NCBI RefSeq assembly: GCF_964355755.1 | Contig: NC_092670.1 | Span: 12,076,795 to 12,140,794 of the forward strand | Direction of reading: 5' to 3' | DNA length: 64,000 nucleotides | DNA from: Antedon mediterranea | Lineage: Eukaryota; Animalia; Echinodermata | Shown here: positions 63,109 to 64,000 of the stretch, piece after piece | Numbering within the stretch: position 1 is the first letter of the stretch | Layout: every line of letters starts with the position of its first letter | Program-made: the position numbers and the translations under genes | Notes under the pieces: generated by a model | Told to the model about the DNA's origin: nothing | The model's input: the letters and a program-made list of their open reading frames with translations, nothing else | Database searches by the model: none

Positions 63109-64000
63109 CTGAAAGAATAATAGTAATACTTGTGCAATGATGTCAACCTCTTAATTGTGTGATTAGAAACACTAGCAATCGAGGGGGAAAGGATTTTAAA
63201 CTATGTAATTAAAATTAATACATTGTAACATATAAAATGAAAAGTATACAGAATTCATTTACTTTAATATTTCAGCAGAGCATCTGGGTCTGTCCTCTTC
63301 TTTAATGTTGCTTATACTAAAAAAATAACAGTTTTAATGCCATTTTATTTCTCAATAACAGTAATCAGATTGGCATAGTGTATAAAGAGTGCAGGGTATT
63401 ATCAAGCCACAGACAAGGATTTTGCTGTGTTCATTCCATTGGAATTAAGTGAAACAGAAAAGTTAAAGCGCTGCAATTTTAGTTTAAACTTACCTTCCAT
63501 CTTCAGAAGCACTTGGAAAATCTATCAATTCCAGATATTGAAGAAATTCTAAAGAACAATTTATGATCGATGACAATTTCTATATTTTTTAGTTATATTT
63601 GTAGAGTTCCTATTGAGAAGTCAGTTAGTAGTGAGTGTTGAAGCCATGTAATCATGAGTGTAGAAAGCAACCGTTCACTATGTGAATCCCATGTGATCTA
63701 ATTTAAGTACGGTATTAATATTATTAGTAATATATTTCATAACAAAATTTGTATTATATCTAAATTTTCATACCTTGTATCTGAACCACCAGATAGTGTA
63801 GTTCTTAAATAAGCACCTTCTATAGGCGTCGATGTTGTAGGAAGGTGAGTAGAAACTGTTGTCCTGGTCGGCCCAGAAGCTGTGCTATGTCTTTCTGCAT
63901 GACTAAACGTAAAACAATAAAGCACAGTGTGAAGAGGTATAGAATAAGGGAAAACAATTTTACAATTTAAATAAAAAAAAAAATTAATATACCAAATCAT

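Larger units (their letters stand above)
57573..64000. mobile_element. Kolobok-superfamily DNA transposon (one end in window) inside a thioesterase intron
   Basis: TTAA target (57569-72) followed by an AG-starting terminus. Convergent KolX-like and DDE transposase genes are the canonical Kolobok layout. Confidence 0.82.

Overview
AT-rich, intron-rich genomic DNA of an invertebrate animal. The repeat content suggests an echinoderm or similar deuterostome, but this is inference. Three host genes lie in tandem on the minus strand: the 5' part of par-3/PARD3 (coding exons 37411-37536 and 3639-3743, separated by a 33.7-kb intron); a complete cullin-2 gene (21 coding exons, 741 aa by manual splicing, with one U12-type and one GC-AG intron); and the 3' five exons of a type II thioesterase (OLAH/TEII-like). 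An intron of the thioesterase holds a Kolobok-type DNA transposon (57573 to beyond 64000). It carries a decayed KolX (P2X7-ballast-like) gene and a convergent multi-exon DDE transposase whose reading frame is still open, and a second copy of the element terminus sits exactly at the KolX stop codon. Introns contain many non-autonomous DNA transposons (pogo-like, PIF/Harbinger-like, hAT, Merlin/MULE-like), a 5S-derived SINE, tRNA-derived SINEs (one with a Deu/Nin core), an RTE-like LINE fragment and tandem repeats. Fine-scale signals include TA-to-TACAGTA/TACTGTA insertions that look like Tc1/mariner excision footprints, three 22-30 bp CA...TG palindromes with perfect 7-bp duplications (P-element-like footprints), and TAGGCCTA clusters near promoters. 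No CRISPR or prokaryotic features were seen. All alignments and splicing were done by eye.
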